In this document: piece after piece, positions 10,906 through 23,835 of the stretch
Position numbering within the stretch: position 1 is the first letter of the stretch
How the letters are laid out: every line of letters begins with the position of its first letter
From: Harriotta raleighana
Taxonomy: Eukaryota
Assembly: GCA_050575255.1 (NCBI GenBank)
Contig: JBNZDD010013718.1
Span: 3,653,098 to 3,717,097, forward strand
Reading direction: 5' to 3'
DNA: 64,000 bases
Notes under the pieces: generated by a model
The model's database searches: none
Seen by the model: only the letters and a program-made list of their open reading frames with translations
Told to the model about the DNA's origin: nothing
Position numbers and translations under genes: made by a program

Positions 10906-11459
10906 CAGTATATAGGTATAGCTTTCTCAATAATAACAAGGGGAGAATAAGGTTGGAGGGAAGGAAAAGAGATGTTTTTGATGTTGGATTGGGAAGACTA
11001 CATGAGAATCACTGTCATCTTGTAAACTTTTATTTTAAACACGCTGCATATTGCTAATTATCTCATACCAATCCAATTCCACATTAATACATTTTATAGT
11101 TCCACATTGCTTATATTGGCAGTCTTATCGGGCTTAGCCTCAAAAAGATCTGTATTAAACGTGTTCAAGTCTATTTAATGTGATCCTTGAAGTCCTTAAG
11201 AAAAATAAATCAATGGAAAAGTATAATTAAAGTGAAACGTTGAACTCCAAACAAGTTACAGTTAATATGCAGAACACGTCCTGATTAACTGTTTTCCGGC
11301 TTTAAATTATCTTTCTAAATTCACCCATATAGTAAAAGAAGCTTCAAAGTGGAAATTTTATATTTAATGAATGCTATAGTTAATTCTGAAGATATCATTT
11401 GCGGCTTTTGATACTATATCCCGATGGTTGCGCTGTCTGAGACAGCTATACACAAATCT

Positions 11460-11490
11460 CTTGTATTTTAAGTTATTCTTAAAATACAAG
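11460..11490. repeat. Perfect 13-bp inverted repeat with a 5-nt loop
   Basis: CTTGTATTTTAAG-ttatt-CTTAAAATACAAG. Confidence 0.9.
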
Positions 11491-12338
11491 TTCAGAGTAG
11501 CTATTGGTAATGCTCTAAATTCTCCTTTCTGCTACTAGCAACATTCATCTTATGAAATTAAAAACACCCTCATTTGTTAAGATTTTTAGTTTCTTACATC
11601 GTTCAGCCTGTAATAACAAGTTACCTGGTGACAAAGGCCTTTTAAAAATCTTGCAAGGAAGTAAATTTACCATTTGCGCAAACTGCGAAAGATTCACCTT
11701 GAAACTAGCTTTTGCCATGTTAATTAGATGATAAATATGAATTACTTCTAGGAACTAAGCATGAGATAGGAGGATGTTGCATGTTAAATAAATGCTGTTT
11801 ATCATTTGTCAAATACGAATTGCCAGACTACTGTACTAGATTTTCTCTACCAAGAAAATGTTGACAGCATATCCCAACTTCTCAATGTCATCTTGACTGT
11901 ACAAGACACAATTATACAATGCCTTTCACATTTGGATGAAATCTCATGGCTTCAAGGTCCTGGATGGGTACCCAAGCTGGGTGTGAGGAAGAGAGCGATG
12001 GCCAACATATCACCAATATGCATATCAACAGTCTTAATTTTGTTCTTGTTGCATTAATCGTTCTGTAGGACAATTAAGTGCATCTTGTCCAGGTACATAT
12101 CCCTGCTGGATATCACTTTATAACAGTGTCCACAGTAAAGTGTTTTTGCTCTGATGTGGTCTGGTGTGGCATTGTTGGAATTTATTTATTATCCATCCAC
12201 CATTGTCATGCGACAGTAGTGGGAGTCTTCTTCTCAACCCACTCCATTCTTTAAGACATTCTTTGTGGCAGTATGTATGGCCTATTGCTGGGCCTGCCCC
12301 CAGGTAAGTGGTCAGTATTGCATCCCATTCCTGACTTG

Positions 12339-12397
12339 AGAGGTGGAGATGGTTTGAGGAGCGAAGAGGTGGAGATGGTTTGAGGAGCGAAGAGGTG
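12339..12397 (+). repeat. 26-bp tandem duplication (2.3 copies)
   Basis: agaggtggagatggtttgaggagcga repeated exactly twice, plus agaggtg. Confidence 0.95.
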
Positions 12398-13569
12398 AGA
12401 CTCATAGACTGCCTCTATTCTGCCCCTGTAGCCATGATGTTGATGTTGTTGGCCCAGGTAAGCATCTTGTCAATGACTGAATGAGGTTGAACAAGTCTCA
12501 GACACTTTCCCATAGCTGAATCAATTAGATGGTAAACATACATTTTTCCTTTTACACAAAAACTTATTTTTGACATCAGTGAGCATTGCTCGAAATATTT
12601 GGGCATGACAATTGGGTGACGAACTTTGTGATGTTACCTTCAGTTAAATAGTCTGTTGGTACTCACTATCGAGGCTTGTACAGGAAGAGTGGCCTATTGG
12701 CTGTGGGCCACTAAGGGACTATGCAGTTGATGTCTCCCCCACCCACACACATACACACACACACATTTTCAGGAAAGAAGAATTCAGGAGACAAAATTCA
12801 CATGTTCCCACTATAATGTAGCATTGTGCCAGTGACAATACTTCCTTCCTGAAATTCTCCATGCTATTCAACTTGTCAGTCAATTGCTCAACTACCAAAG
12901 CTGCATGTTTCTGCAATTACACTATGAAGTCAATCATAGGGTAATCCATGGAACAAAAGCTTAGAGTACATAAATTTTCACTGACTGGTCATCTTGCTTG
13001 TTAATATGTAAATTAATAAACAGGCAGAAGTACAGAGCAGAAATTTTAACTATTTGTGTCATTTGCTATTTTTTCTACTAGGTTATAAAAACAATAGAGA
13101 GTAAAATGGCCAAGTATGTTTTGCTCTGTGAAACAAAAAATTATTTTCAAGAAAACGTGAGAATGACTGATAAATTTCAGATACAGGACAGCAGTAACAT
13201 TTATTTTCAAAGAGACAGAAAGGAAACAAATACCTAATCTTCAGATTGAAGCAGTCAAAAATGTTTTAAAGTGGATCTGAATGAGAATTTTTGTTTTTGT
13301 TTAGTACAAACACAAACATGTTTCTTAGAATGCTTTATACATTTATATGATGCCCTTCATGTCAGGAGGACATCTCAAAGCACTTAGCAATATTGGCTGG
13401 ACACCCAAGTTAGAGCTGGAGTTGACGAGGGTATGTATTGAGACCTACCTTGAACAAGAGGAGGGATAACAACAACAATAAGCAATTTATTTTTGCTTCA
13501 AGAATGACTGCAAACAGGTCATTTTTGTTTGTTATAATGTAAAGTATTTATATAATGTAAAGTATTTAT

Positions 13570-13715
13570 ATAATGACAATCCATGCATTTGATATAGTGC
13601 TTGCCATGCCAGCTAGATGTCTCAACACACTTCACAGTATATACTGTTTATTTGTTGACAAAACACAGCAGCCAATTGCTCACATCAGTGTTCCACAAAC
13701 AGTCATGGATTTAAA
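13570..13715 (-). mobile_element. tRNA-SINE 3' fragment
   Basis: tgcatttgatatagtgc...gatgtctcaacacacttcacag...cagccaattg...ccacaaacagtcatggatt. Confidence 0.8.
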
Positions 13716-14119
13716 ACATCTCTATAAGAAAAAGGTATTTTAAATAAGAAATTTAATTTTGTTTACAATAAATAGAAAACAAGTTATAAAGGTGCACACT
13801 ACTGCATACATTTTCTAAATACAACATAACTAACAACATCTCCTTTCCGAGTATGCTCTAAAACAATGAAGTTACTTTGAGCTGCAGAACAATGATGTTG
13901 ATCCACTATGGTATGGTTTATGAAGAGGCAGGAATCAACTCGACTCAGAACATTGTACTGGATATTGAACAGTGATGTGAAAGAAGCAACCTAAGGTCAC
14001 CTGACAGGCATATGGGACTCAGAGACAGATCTCAGAGGGAAGCAGTATGATCCCACTCCATCATTTAGATCCCACTTATAGATCTATATCCTTCATTGTG
14101 TGAGAATACCCTAAGGTAT

Positions 14120-14180
14120 TAAACATAGACCTTCTCAGTACAGAAGGAGACCATTTGGTCCATCGTGTCTATGTCTCTAG
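14120..14180 (-). mobile_element. CR1 3' tail fragment
   Basis: cagtacagaaggagaccatttggtccatcgtgtctatg, the reverse complement of the CR1 tail at 1450-1515. Confidence 0.7.
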
Positions 14181-14199
14181 GTTTTCTCCCCTGATTATT

Positions 14200-15100
14200 A
14201 TTGGACACAGGTGAGAGAATCCAGAAACTTTCCTAATACATGCATGAGACACTCGATCTTTAGCATTTGCTGAACTCTTACCTCAGTCGTGGTACAGTTA
14301 TTCAGGTAATCTCTCATTTCCGACACGTCCCTTGAATAGACATTGCAACTCTCAAAGGAAGGCTCAGGGAAAGTTGCCACTTCTAAAATGTTGGCACCCC
14401 AAACTATAATTTCAATACTCAATAAGTTTTGTTGATGCCTTATTTCACACGTTTGGAAATTAGTTTGACATGCTCTCTGAGAAGAGGACAGTTCTGAAGC
14501 CTGTCCTTTGCCAAGCTGTAATTGATGTTGTTTTCAAGCGGACAGCAAAGTTCCCAGGGTTACTATTGCAGATCATAGTCAGATCAATGACTTTAACGTC
14601 ATGAAAGCTTACCATTCAAAAACTAGTTGGAAGTAAAGACATTTTCTCTTTGATGTCAGGGCCTGCAATGTGGCTCAGTATGAGTTCTATCCCCTCAGGC
14701 CCTTTTCTAATTCTAAAATCTATAAACTGAAGAAACAGAGCCCAGTTAGTTAGAGTAAATATAGCTGGCATTTCACTTTGTAGTATCCTGTAAATACTGT
14801 TCTTGTGTATTTGACCAGCCTTGCAACTAAGAGAACAAGCAGCCACCCTGTCCCCCAATGTTGTGCAAATGAAATTTGCAAGTAGATATTAGTCACAAGG
14901 CAATTACTTGGGCTCCTTCAAATTCACCCTGCCTCCTATTGGAGGTTGTAGGACCTGTACTCAATATCCATCTCTTCACAGCAGTGGACCATATTGAAAA
15001 CTCAATATGTCCATTCAACCCTTGCCCCTTTATCTGGGCATCACATGGTAGTATGCCATGACATTTGTGCCACCTAGATGATGATTATGACATTGCTCTG
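14200..15100 (-). mobile_element. Very old LINE ORF2 (endonuclease/linker region) fossil
   Basis: Minus-strand peptide LQFIDFRIRKGPEGIELILS weakly resembles the APE motif QxVxxPTRxxxxLDLVL. Confidence 0.3.
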
Positions 15101-15859
15101 TAGTACTCTGAGTTATTGCTATTGAATTCAGGCTATTCACAAAAGTCTGAGGCACTATTAGTATTGTGGAACAAATACCCAGTCCACATACTTGGAATCA
15201 CAACTTCCAATGTTGCCATTTAGACACAAACCAAATGGTAAATTCAATAATCCCATCTATCAAGTAGGTCCAGGCTTGTCATTTTTAGCAATCAGCCTGT
15301 GACAATTAATACAACAACAACAACAAAATTACACTTGTATAGCGCCTTTCACATCGGGAGGACAATAGTCTTTCTTGCAACAATCTGCCATAAAAAATAA
15401 TACTAATGGCAACAACTGCAGAGGTATTCTGCCATGTGCAAGAGTCTAACCTTATTGTCACTCAGTCTAATGCTATTTACCCAACTCTGATCAAAAGTGT
15501 GTTAAATTGCACAAAGTGGCCAATACATTGGCACATGGGTTCTAACCAAAACGTCTCATTTTGAGTGATTCAACATATCCATGTCCAAATATGTGGAGAG
15601 TTAAATTCATCTGAACTATAAGGGGATCTAGACCAAAGTTTTTTTGTGGTGGGAGAGAAGAAAATGTAAAGGGCAAATTTTCTCAAATGCTAATAGTTAT
15701 TTCATATGCCACGCATTTTTGAATGACATTGGTGATTTTGTTAAAATCTAGTTGAAATCAAGGCCCACATGTTAAGTAAAGGATGTTTTCCATTTTCTTC
15801 AACATAATCTTTCATTCTTTTGAAGGTTGAGATAAGTTTGAACAAATCTGCCTGGCAAG

Positions 15860-16200
15860 CAAAGTTTTGTTCAGCCACCTGTTGCCTGTTAATTATGCTG
15901 AGGAGATACTCATAAATCATAACACTGGACAATTAATCAAGTTGTCAGCATCGAGGTCGGAGGTCCCGAAACAAAAGTCAGAGGTCACCTTCAGGCTGAT
16001 AAAGGTCAGGGTTGTGTTGCATCCCTCATTGTCAAGTAATGTCGAGAGAAGATCGAAAGGGACAAAAGGGAAATCAATGTCCAAAACAAGTATACAAAAA
16101 AGGCTTCCACCTAATTTACAAAGGGGATCAGAATAACTACTATTCCAGGAAATAGTAGCTTCTGAGCAGTTAAGTTGATAAGCGTTCACCTGCTACCTAG
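15860..16200. promoter_or_regulatory. Candidate CNE/enhancer with a nuclear-receptor half-site cluster
   Basis: DR1-like AGGTCG-g-AGGTCC 15954-15966; DR1-like AAGTCA-g-AGGTCA 15975-15987; TAAAGGTCA 16000-16008; also TGTCA (Meis), ATCAAT and TAAT motifs with retained CpGs. Confidence 0.5.
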
Positions 16201-17091
16201 AATATGCTGAAAAATTATGGAATAGCAGATTCATATAGAAACACAATTAAAAACCTATAATGTTCATGCTTCATAAATAATCTTCACGCTTGCTGTTAAG
16301 TTAATTAATATAATTAGTGAATCCAAATGGATCAAAAAGAATGTCTCTGCGAACAGCCGTAGTGCTCTGCCTCATTGCTTCCTAATCAAGAAATAAAATG
16401 TCACTTTTACAGACTATTTAAAGATGAAATAATCATGCTTTTTTTCCAGAAGAGAAAAACAGCACCAGTTCACAGTTAATTGTTTTCCTATTGGCGCGTG
16501 CATGTGCATAATTCATGTAAGAGTACACCCTGAGGCTTTTATAAGCGTTGTGTTAAATCAAGGAAATATGGCTAAAGGGTTTTTGAGGGATGGGAGGAAG
16601 TGAGAACAGTGGAGATGTCTTCTCATTCCTACCTCAGATGCTAGTTATTATTAGTGTTGAACCAGTAGCTGACAGCACCATTGTTTATTTCTCCCTGTTC
16701 TTCACTGGTATTCCAACTAATTACTATGGTGACAATCATTGGTTTCCTTTCTATGGCTGCTTTGCAGCATGAAGATGCATTTTTCCCCATCAGCTAAAGC
16801 ACAGACATTATACAGCGGACAGTCTAGAAAAAGCAACTTTTGCAATAATTCTTGCAATCACTGGCAGACTCCATAAGGACAATATATTATCCAAACAGAT
16901 TATAAACATATATTGTAACTCACTTGAAGTCATTTTTCATACATGCTTGTTAAACACAACCATTCAAACATTGTTCTGTTACAGTATTATCTGCCGGTGG
17001 CAGAGCTTAAAAACACATTTTTTTAAATCGTCAACATATTCGATTACTGTCTCCTCTACTCCACTTATTCAATTTTGTAGTTTCAAATTAA

Positions 17092-17480
17092 ATCATAATA
17101 ATAATAATCATCCTTGCATTTTATATAGCTTTTTATCACATCTTTGAGACATCCCAAAGTGTTTCACAGAATATACTGCAAAGTGAATTAACTATACATT
17201 TCATGGGCGAACTACTGCAGCCAATTGCACACAGCAGTGTTCCACAAACAGTTATAGATCTTATGACTAATTTACAATCTTTAATATTATTTTATTATAT
17301 ATTTATTACCCCTCGCAAAAGCGGTCTGTCAATCGACGAACAACGGGGTTCCTCCTTACTGCTAGGTAAACAGTGACGGGTGGATTAAGGAAACTTTGCC
17401 CAATATTTTGCTTTGCTTAGTAATCTAACTCAGGCCCTCTCACTTGAGAGGCGAGTGCTTTAACCCTAAGCTACAAGACT
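17092..17480 (-). mobile_element. Diverged full-length tRNA-SINE with an internal insertion
   Basis: (AAT)n tail at about 17095, body, ggattaaggaaactttgccca, and head ...cacttgagaggcgagtgctttaaccctaagctaca. Confidence 0.8.
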
Positions 17481-18514
17481 CCACATGCATTCTAGATATT
17501 GTTTTGTAGATATGAAGCAATACGTGGGAACAAACTGTACTCAATTCCTTTCCTCCCATTTACCAGTGGTTTGGACACAGATAAGATATACAAATGGAAA
17601 GAAAAAATGTTCTTCACAATCTCCCCATACTAATAGAAAAGACAGTCCAGCCCAAGGCCTCCATTTTCTTGTGAAATATTAATTTTGCAGCAATGTTGAC
17701 AGGTATTTCCTTTCTTCTAGAAATATTATTAAATATCAAAGTAATAATAACAATATTTTTCTGTTTATTAAAATAAGTAGCATTAATTATCTACTTGGAA
17801 AAAAAACAAAATCTGTGCCTTTGACCTTGTGGGCTGATTACTAGTGAACAACATTTACATTTTCACAAGCAGACTGTAAGGAAGGTATGGTGGCTATTAA
17901 ATATGTAGTGAGTGCTTGCCTTGAGGACTGCATTGTATTGTCCTTAATTTTGTTCTTTTGTTAATATTTGGACTGAGGTGAAGGATTACTTAAATGTAGA
18001 ACATCACGGAACAAGAAACAGTGAAGAAGCAAAATTGCTTGAGTGATGGAACAAAGTGGCGTTACATCATTCACTCTAGAAATGTAGTTTGTAAATGTCC
18101 TCCAGGTAATCTATTCTACACATACTGAATCTCAGGCCCTTCACAGATTGGACTTATCTAATTAGGTGCCAGAATTAATATTCTGCTGATTTATGTGTAG
18201 TTGGAACTAGGCTGTGACTGCCAGCATGTAATTCACTTGTGCTAATAACAACTTCAGCAGAATAAAAGTGTCACCTGCTTTCTGTGGACTCAATTTTTTT
18301 TAAAATTGCAACTATGGCTAGTGAACAAACTGACAAAACGCCTATTAAAAGTTTTCAAGGTTATCACTTAACCTGTAAAGTATGGGCTGGACACTTAGCT
18401 ACTGCAGTTTGTACAAAATTCCAGAAATGTTCCTAGTACTGCTCTAATAATCCAATATTAGGTGACACATCAAAAAGTATTTGTCAGTAAGTCAAAAGAA
18501 CTGCGTACAGATTC

Positions 18515-18720
18515 CTGCTAATAAGGCCACATTTTGAATGCTGTGCAGTTTGGGGTCAGGACAACGTTGGTGTGTTGGAGGAGGACCAGAAAATAGGCTC
18601 CAGGAACCAACATTCTAACCAATTCGAAAGAGGTGATCCCAGACCTGAACTTTGTATTGGAGTAATTTAGGTTGATTGGGGCTATAATTTATCTGCTTAA
18701 AATGCTTGAAAACATAGGCT
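18515..18720 (+). mobile_element. CR1 ORF2 fragment
   Basis: Encodes IRPHFECCAVWG...VLEEDQK (cf. VRPHLEYCVQFW...LERVQRR). Confidence 0.6.
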
Positions 18721-19559
18721 GAAATTGCAGTAGGTGCTCCATGAGGCATCTTTAATGATACCTGATTAGAATGGGGAAATCCCTTCAGTAGCTAACATTG
18801 CTAGGTTAACGTTGCATGGAATTTCAACTCAATAGGCAAAGTAGGCTCAAGCAAGATCGAGATCATGAGCATAATTTGAAATGAACGAACTTCAACCAGA
18901 CTAAAAATTAAAAGATTTGTTCTGGATGAGGTGCTACGCAAAGTGCATATGAAGAATCATTTCTTAGCAAAACTGAACGTTGATCAAATAATTGCCTTCA
19001 GCAGACAAATAGTTGGATAAATTGGAAATTACATCACACAGAATCCTTTTTTGTCCTTTAAAAAATGAACTAATATTTTAAAATCCAAGTAATAAAAATG
19101 TGCGTAGCAAAGTTTGGTTCATTTGCGGAATGCGGACTTCTATAGTGACTTACCATGACACTTCTATATTGGGCCTTTCTAACTCTGAAATGTGGAAGTT
19201 CACACATGTTCATCCACCATTCTAAATATCTGTTTTTTCATTAAAATAAATTTAGAATTTAAGGTAATACACAATGTGGTCTCCAGTAAGTCCCTTATAA
19301 TTCTTCATTAACTGCAAATTACGGGCATCTGGCCATTCTTGGATATGATTTTGACCTGCGCACCTCTATTGAGGTCATTTGTGCTTAAATCATGCATTTA
19401 CATTTCTTCGATGAACACAAAAGCTGTTAAATCAACATTTTGAATAAATCTGAAAGACCCAGGAGGAAAAATGGCAGTAAAACTGCGCCCAAATTTTGAG
19501 AATTTTTCCCACAGTATACTGTCACATACAAAATATATTCAGAACAGGTTGCCAGTGGT

Positions 19560-20110
19560 ATACATCAGGGTATGGTGCAGATTGAGGCAGCCCTTCAGTC
19601 TTTCCTCAGGTTCAGTTGGCTGACTGAGGTTGAAGAAGTTATTTGTTGACCCCAAGAATTATGCAGTAATTTACAAGATCTTTCTTTGGTGCAGCTCTAA
19701 ACAACTACACATTGATGGAATGGAAGACCTTGAAGCTGATTTAATATACAAACTTGAAGCTATGTCTCTCCAACCTCCTCATGTTGCAATTGGTGACACT
19801 GAAAACCTCAGTGGTGGTGGCATTGTTGCCACTTCTGTAACCTTTGCTGCAAATGTCTGTGGAGATGAATCACCCGTGAAACAGTGCCCATCATGTTTGA
19901 ATGTAGGTGAATGTGATTCTGGTTAAAGCTTGAGTTATGTCCTGCCAGTGACTCAAAAGATCCAGTGGTTAAAAAAGAGGAAGCAACAGTGACCTTCATT
20001 TCATCTCCACCGCGGTCAATAAGCTCAATCAATGTTTCTGTGATGACTCTACTAACATCCAAGAAGCAGAGTTTCATCCCCAGAGGATGACTATTAAACC
20101 TCCAGGACTG
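19560..20110 (-). mobile_element. Very old LINE reverse-transcriptase fossil
   Basis: Minus ORF 19808-20077 contains SFLTTGSFESLAGHN (cf. LLxxxQFGFRxGHS), preceded by a weak HPL motif (cf. YRPISL). Confidence 0.35.
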
Positions 20111-22039
20111 CTAAGCCCATACACTGTATGCAAACATTTCTAGCACCCAGAAATATATCGCAATAGTTATTAAGAGTGTTGAATCAGATTGCCCTCTGTG
20201 ATGACATGAAAATGAATGGGATCAAACTATTGCTTGTTCTAACATTAAAGCAAACTTTTAAAACATACAATGTATTGCAATTAGACGAAAGTAAATTCTA
20301 CTCAATCACTTGTGTTAGGACGTCCTCCTGATGTGAAAGGCGCAATACAAATGTATTTGTTTTACTGTTGTTGTTATTCAGTCTTGTATGCGCGTTGCAC
20401 CCATTCTTCCTTTTGCGAACTGTCTGGAAGGTCTAACTAATCATCTTTCACATAACAACAACTTTTGTAATTGTCATGTTACATTCTCTCAGTTCTATGG
20501 TATAGTAGGATGTATTACAGTAAAACTGACAGTAATAAGTTTCTCCCTTCCATTCTTTCAATACTCATACAACTAGTCACTTTTATTTAGCCATAAGTTA
20601 TTTTGTGTCTCCTTCTGCCAACCATTTTATACAGTTAGAATACAATGATTTCATTTAATGGCCTTATTTAACAACAACAACACAATTACATTTGTAGAGT
20701 GCCTTTCATGTCAGGAGGACATCCCAACGCATTGAACAGTTGGGGGTCAGAACCCAGATTACTTGAGATAATTTTATTTATTTAATTACTTACGTAATTT
20801 AAGTAGTTAACAATGGGCAATGAAGAGTCTCCATGAAACTCAAACAGGAGCCAAAGCATGACTAACTTCGACCTGTTGCATCTCTGTTTCTAAACACAAT
20901 GAGCATTTTGGGGGATGGGAAGGGATGGCGAAGAAAATGGTGTATGAATCTCTCAGAACATTGATATCTGCCTGTCGCCTAGTGTTAAAGATGAAATGCA
21001 TATTGCATTGCTTAGGAGCAAAGAAAAATTATAGCAACCTCTTCTAAAAGCAAGTTTGATCCATTTATGAATTTTCCTCCCATTAATTTGTATAGCACTA
21101 AATTTCTGTTAATAACAAGTCTATTTTCAGCTCCAATACACGCCAGTGATCTAAGGTGACTTCGTACTCTTTTGTCTTGTACTCTACATCATTAATCATC
21201 AATTTAAGAACCAGAGCCACATAACAAAAGCCTGTTAACTCTTTGCAGACCAGTAACCACAAATTTCTAACTCATTAACTGACCGTTAAAGTTTCCATTG
21301 GAATTGTTCATAAAGGACGAGAGCCTGTTTAAGTTCAATAAAATTTCTCCAGTATCCAATTAATTTAAGAAGGTCTGCACCACGTCTTATCAACAATGTG
21401 GGGGAAAAAGCCTTTTGCCTAGGATTCATCTGCAATCTATGGGTATGTACATAACAGTTGTACCCAAAAAGAGTGTCTCGCGAATAATTAAGTGGAAATG
21501 TATCCTTCACAGATTTTAAAACTTTGCTCCTGGACCAATTTTTCATAAGGAAAGTTGTCATTTTATGTGTGCCTAAAGCAATTCATACAAGTAGATTTTT
21601 TTTCCTTTTTTTGACATCTTTCAAATGTTCTGGGCTAGATAAGGACACATTTCTCTTTTATCATTTCCACTGGCAACTGACCTAAATGTATTTACTTAAC
21701 CAAAGTTATAAAGATATTCAGGGATTGTACACAGATAATTATGAATAGCAAATTTTAAGTCTGTGTTCAAGATATTCTTTTATTTGCTGACAACCGTCTT
21801 AGAAATGAAATGCAATGCTCAATGTGCCTCAGGATTTCTTTCTACAGAATCAGTCACACATTTGTCAAAGGAAAACTAGGATACCTTGTACAGTATTATG
21901 TTAATCTATCAGAAGTTGTCTTCCATTAAGATATGTATCACAATACTCATTCTGCACCCTAACCTAGAGTCATGAGGATTTTAAAAAAACATCAAATAAC
22001 AAAGAAGCCATACTTTGCATATTCATAGATTCTTTCAAA

Positions 22040-22235
22040 CTGTTAATAATTCTTGCATTTGATATAATGCCTTATGTGATCGTGATGTCTCAAAACTCTT
22101 TAAAGGATATTACTGTGAAGTGCAGTGACTGTCCATTTTTAGGCAAATACAGCAGACAAATTTTGAACAGCAATGCCACAAAGTGAATGACCCATTATTT
22201 TTTTATCTGGGGGTTTGTTGGCCAGGAATAATGAA
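22040..22235 (-). mobile_element. SINE 3' fragment (Deu-type body plus L2-type tail)
   Basis: Shared tail plus ttatctgggggtttgttggccagga, as in the copy at about 2810. Confidence 0.75.
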
Positions 22236-23559
22236 AGTAGCCTGGGAAACGGAAATAAATACCCCAATTGACATTGATAGATGACAGTGCATTTTTTGGT
22301 AGCAGGGCAAGCCTTGCTCACAGAGGAGAAATTAGAACTAAACTTGTTATAGTCAACATTTTGAATTGGATATTTTGACCTCTTTTGAATTATGTAGGAC
22401 AAATTATTGACATCCACATCGAAGTAAAGAAACGGCTCATCTCTTGTTCATTTCCTCCAAGCTTAGGCACTACTGGCCTCAATTTAGGATAACTTTGTTA
22501 AAAACGTTTTATGTTGATGCTAGCATGGAGGGTGCGGCAGTTGTCATAACTGACTTAACATTGTTCTCCTGCAGAAGGCAGGCGCTACTTCCAACTGTTC
22601 TGAAAATAAGTAAGCAAGCAAATAGCTTGTTCTTGGTTAATGGAGAACTGAACATCTTCTGTTAAAATGGAATAGGTTACATTTCTGTTGAATACTGCAA
22701 AACCTAAACATCTTTGATGTAGGTCAAGAGGACTTATTCAAATGTGTGAATCAATCAGGTTATTCTTTGACAATTTTGCCAAAATTAAATGTATATCTGT
22801 GAGTCATCATGTATTGTGTGTTTCACCTTTGTTTCCTTCAATATCCTTTGAATTTGACTGTAAGACTGTTCGTTTTCTACAAACCTTTGTTCTGTTCTCC
22901 GTTGTTAGCCAGGTGTCAGTGTACTGTAATTTGATTTCATAGGAAAGACTTTTATAATATGTAGATTTTGAGCATAACGTTAAGCAATACATTTTGAGCC
23001 ACTATTGGGATGTAGTATTTCCTGTTTGAACATATGACCTTCTGGCCTAGAGGCAAGAATGTCAACAACTGGGACTGAACTGAATATAAAATAGATATCA
23101 GTCAAGCAATATCTTTGGCCAATAAACTATTTTTAACAAAATAATCAAAATAAATGAAAATCTTGAGAGTAAAGGAAATCTGGGAAATTGATGTTTGGTA
23201 TGGTTTCTATTTTGTTTCTGTTTTGATGCAAGAAAGACATACATATATATAAAATGAACATTCTATATATGTTCTTATATTCTAGGCATTCAACCTTTGT
23301 CTGAGACATCAAACTGAGATCGCATCTGTGCCTCTTCAGAAGAATGTTCAAGATCCTTTGCCCCTATTGAAACCAACAAGGAGTTTCTCCCAGATCTTGC
23401 TCAACAATTCCCAGGTACAATTTGTAATTCATTTCATACTTATCTGTAGGACATTGGGGTGCATAAATTGACTGCCACATTTACCTGCTAAAAAACATGG
23501 CCATTACACTCTAAAGTGAATCCTCTAAAGTGCTTTAAGACGTTTTGACTTGATAAGGT

Positions 23560-23835
23560 ATTATAATAACAATAATAATAATAATCCTCAGATTTATATA
23601 GTGCTTTCCACATCTTATCGACGTCCCAAAGCGCTTTACAGAATATGACATCACCCCAAAGTAGGGACCAGAACAGGGGGGAGGGGTCGGGGTGGGGAGA
23701 AAAAAGAGGGAAGAAAGGGGGGAAAAGGGTAGGGGCCAGAGCAGGGTGGGAGGGCTCGTGGTAGTGGGAAGGAGTAGGAAAATTGACTGTATATTTGTGG
23801 GCGAATGTATATATCAAATGTAAGGATTATTACTA
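23560..23835. mobile_element. L2 3' end (minus strand) plus adjacent SINE fragments
   Basis: (AAT)n, tail gtgctttccacatcttatcgacgtcccaaagcgc, G-rich 3'UTR ggggtcggggtgggg, then ttgactgtatatttgtgggcgaa. Confidence 0.75.

Noticed and set aside
12339-12397. Short direct repeats (also at about 13533-13575, 41020-41076, 47438-47465 and 58858-58885) as a possible CRISPR-like array
   Set aside because: Only two copies each, no series of unique spacers, no cas genes, and a vertebrate context. These are simple slippage duplications.
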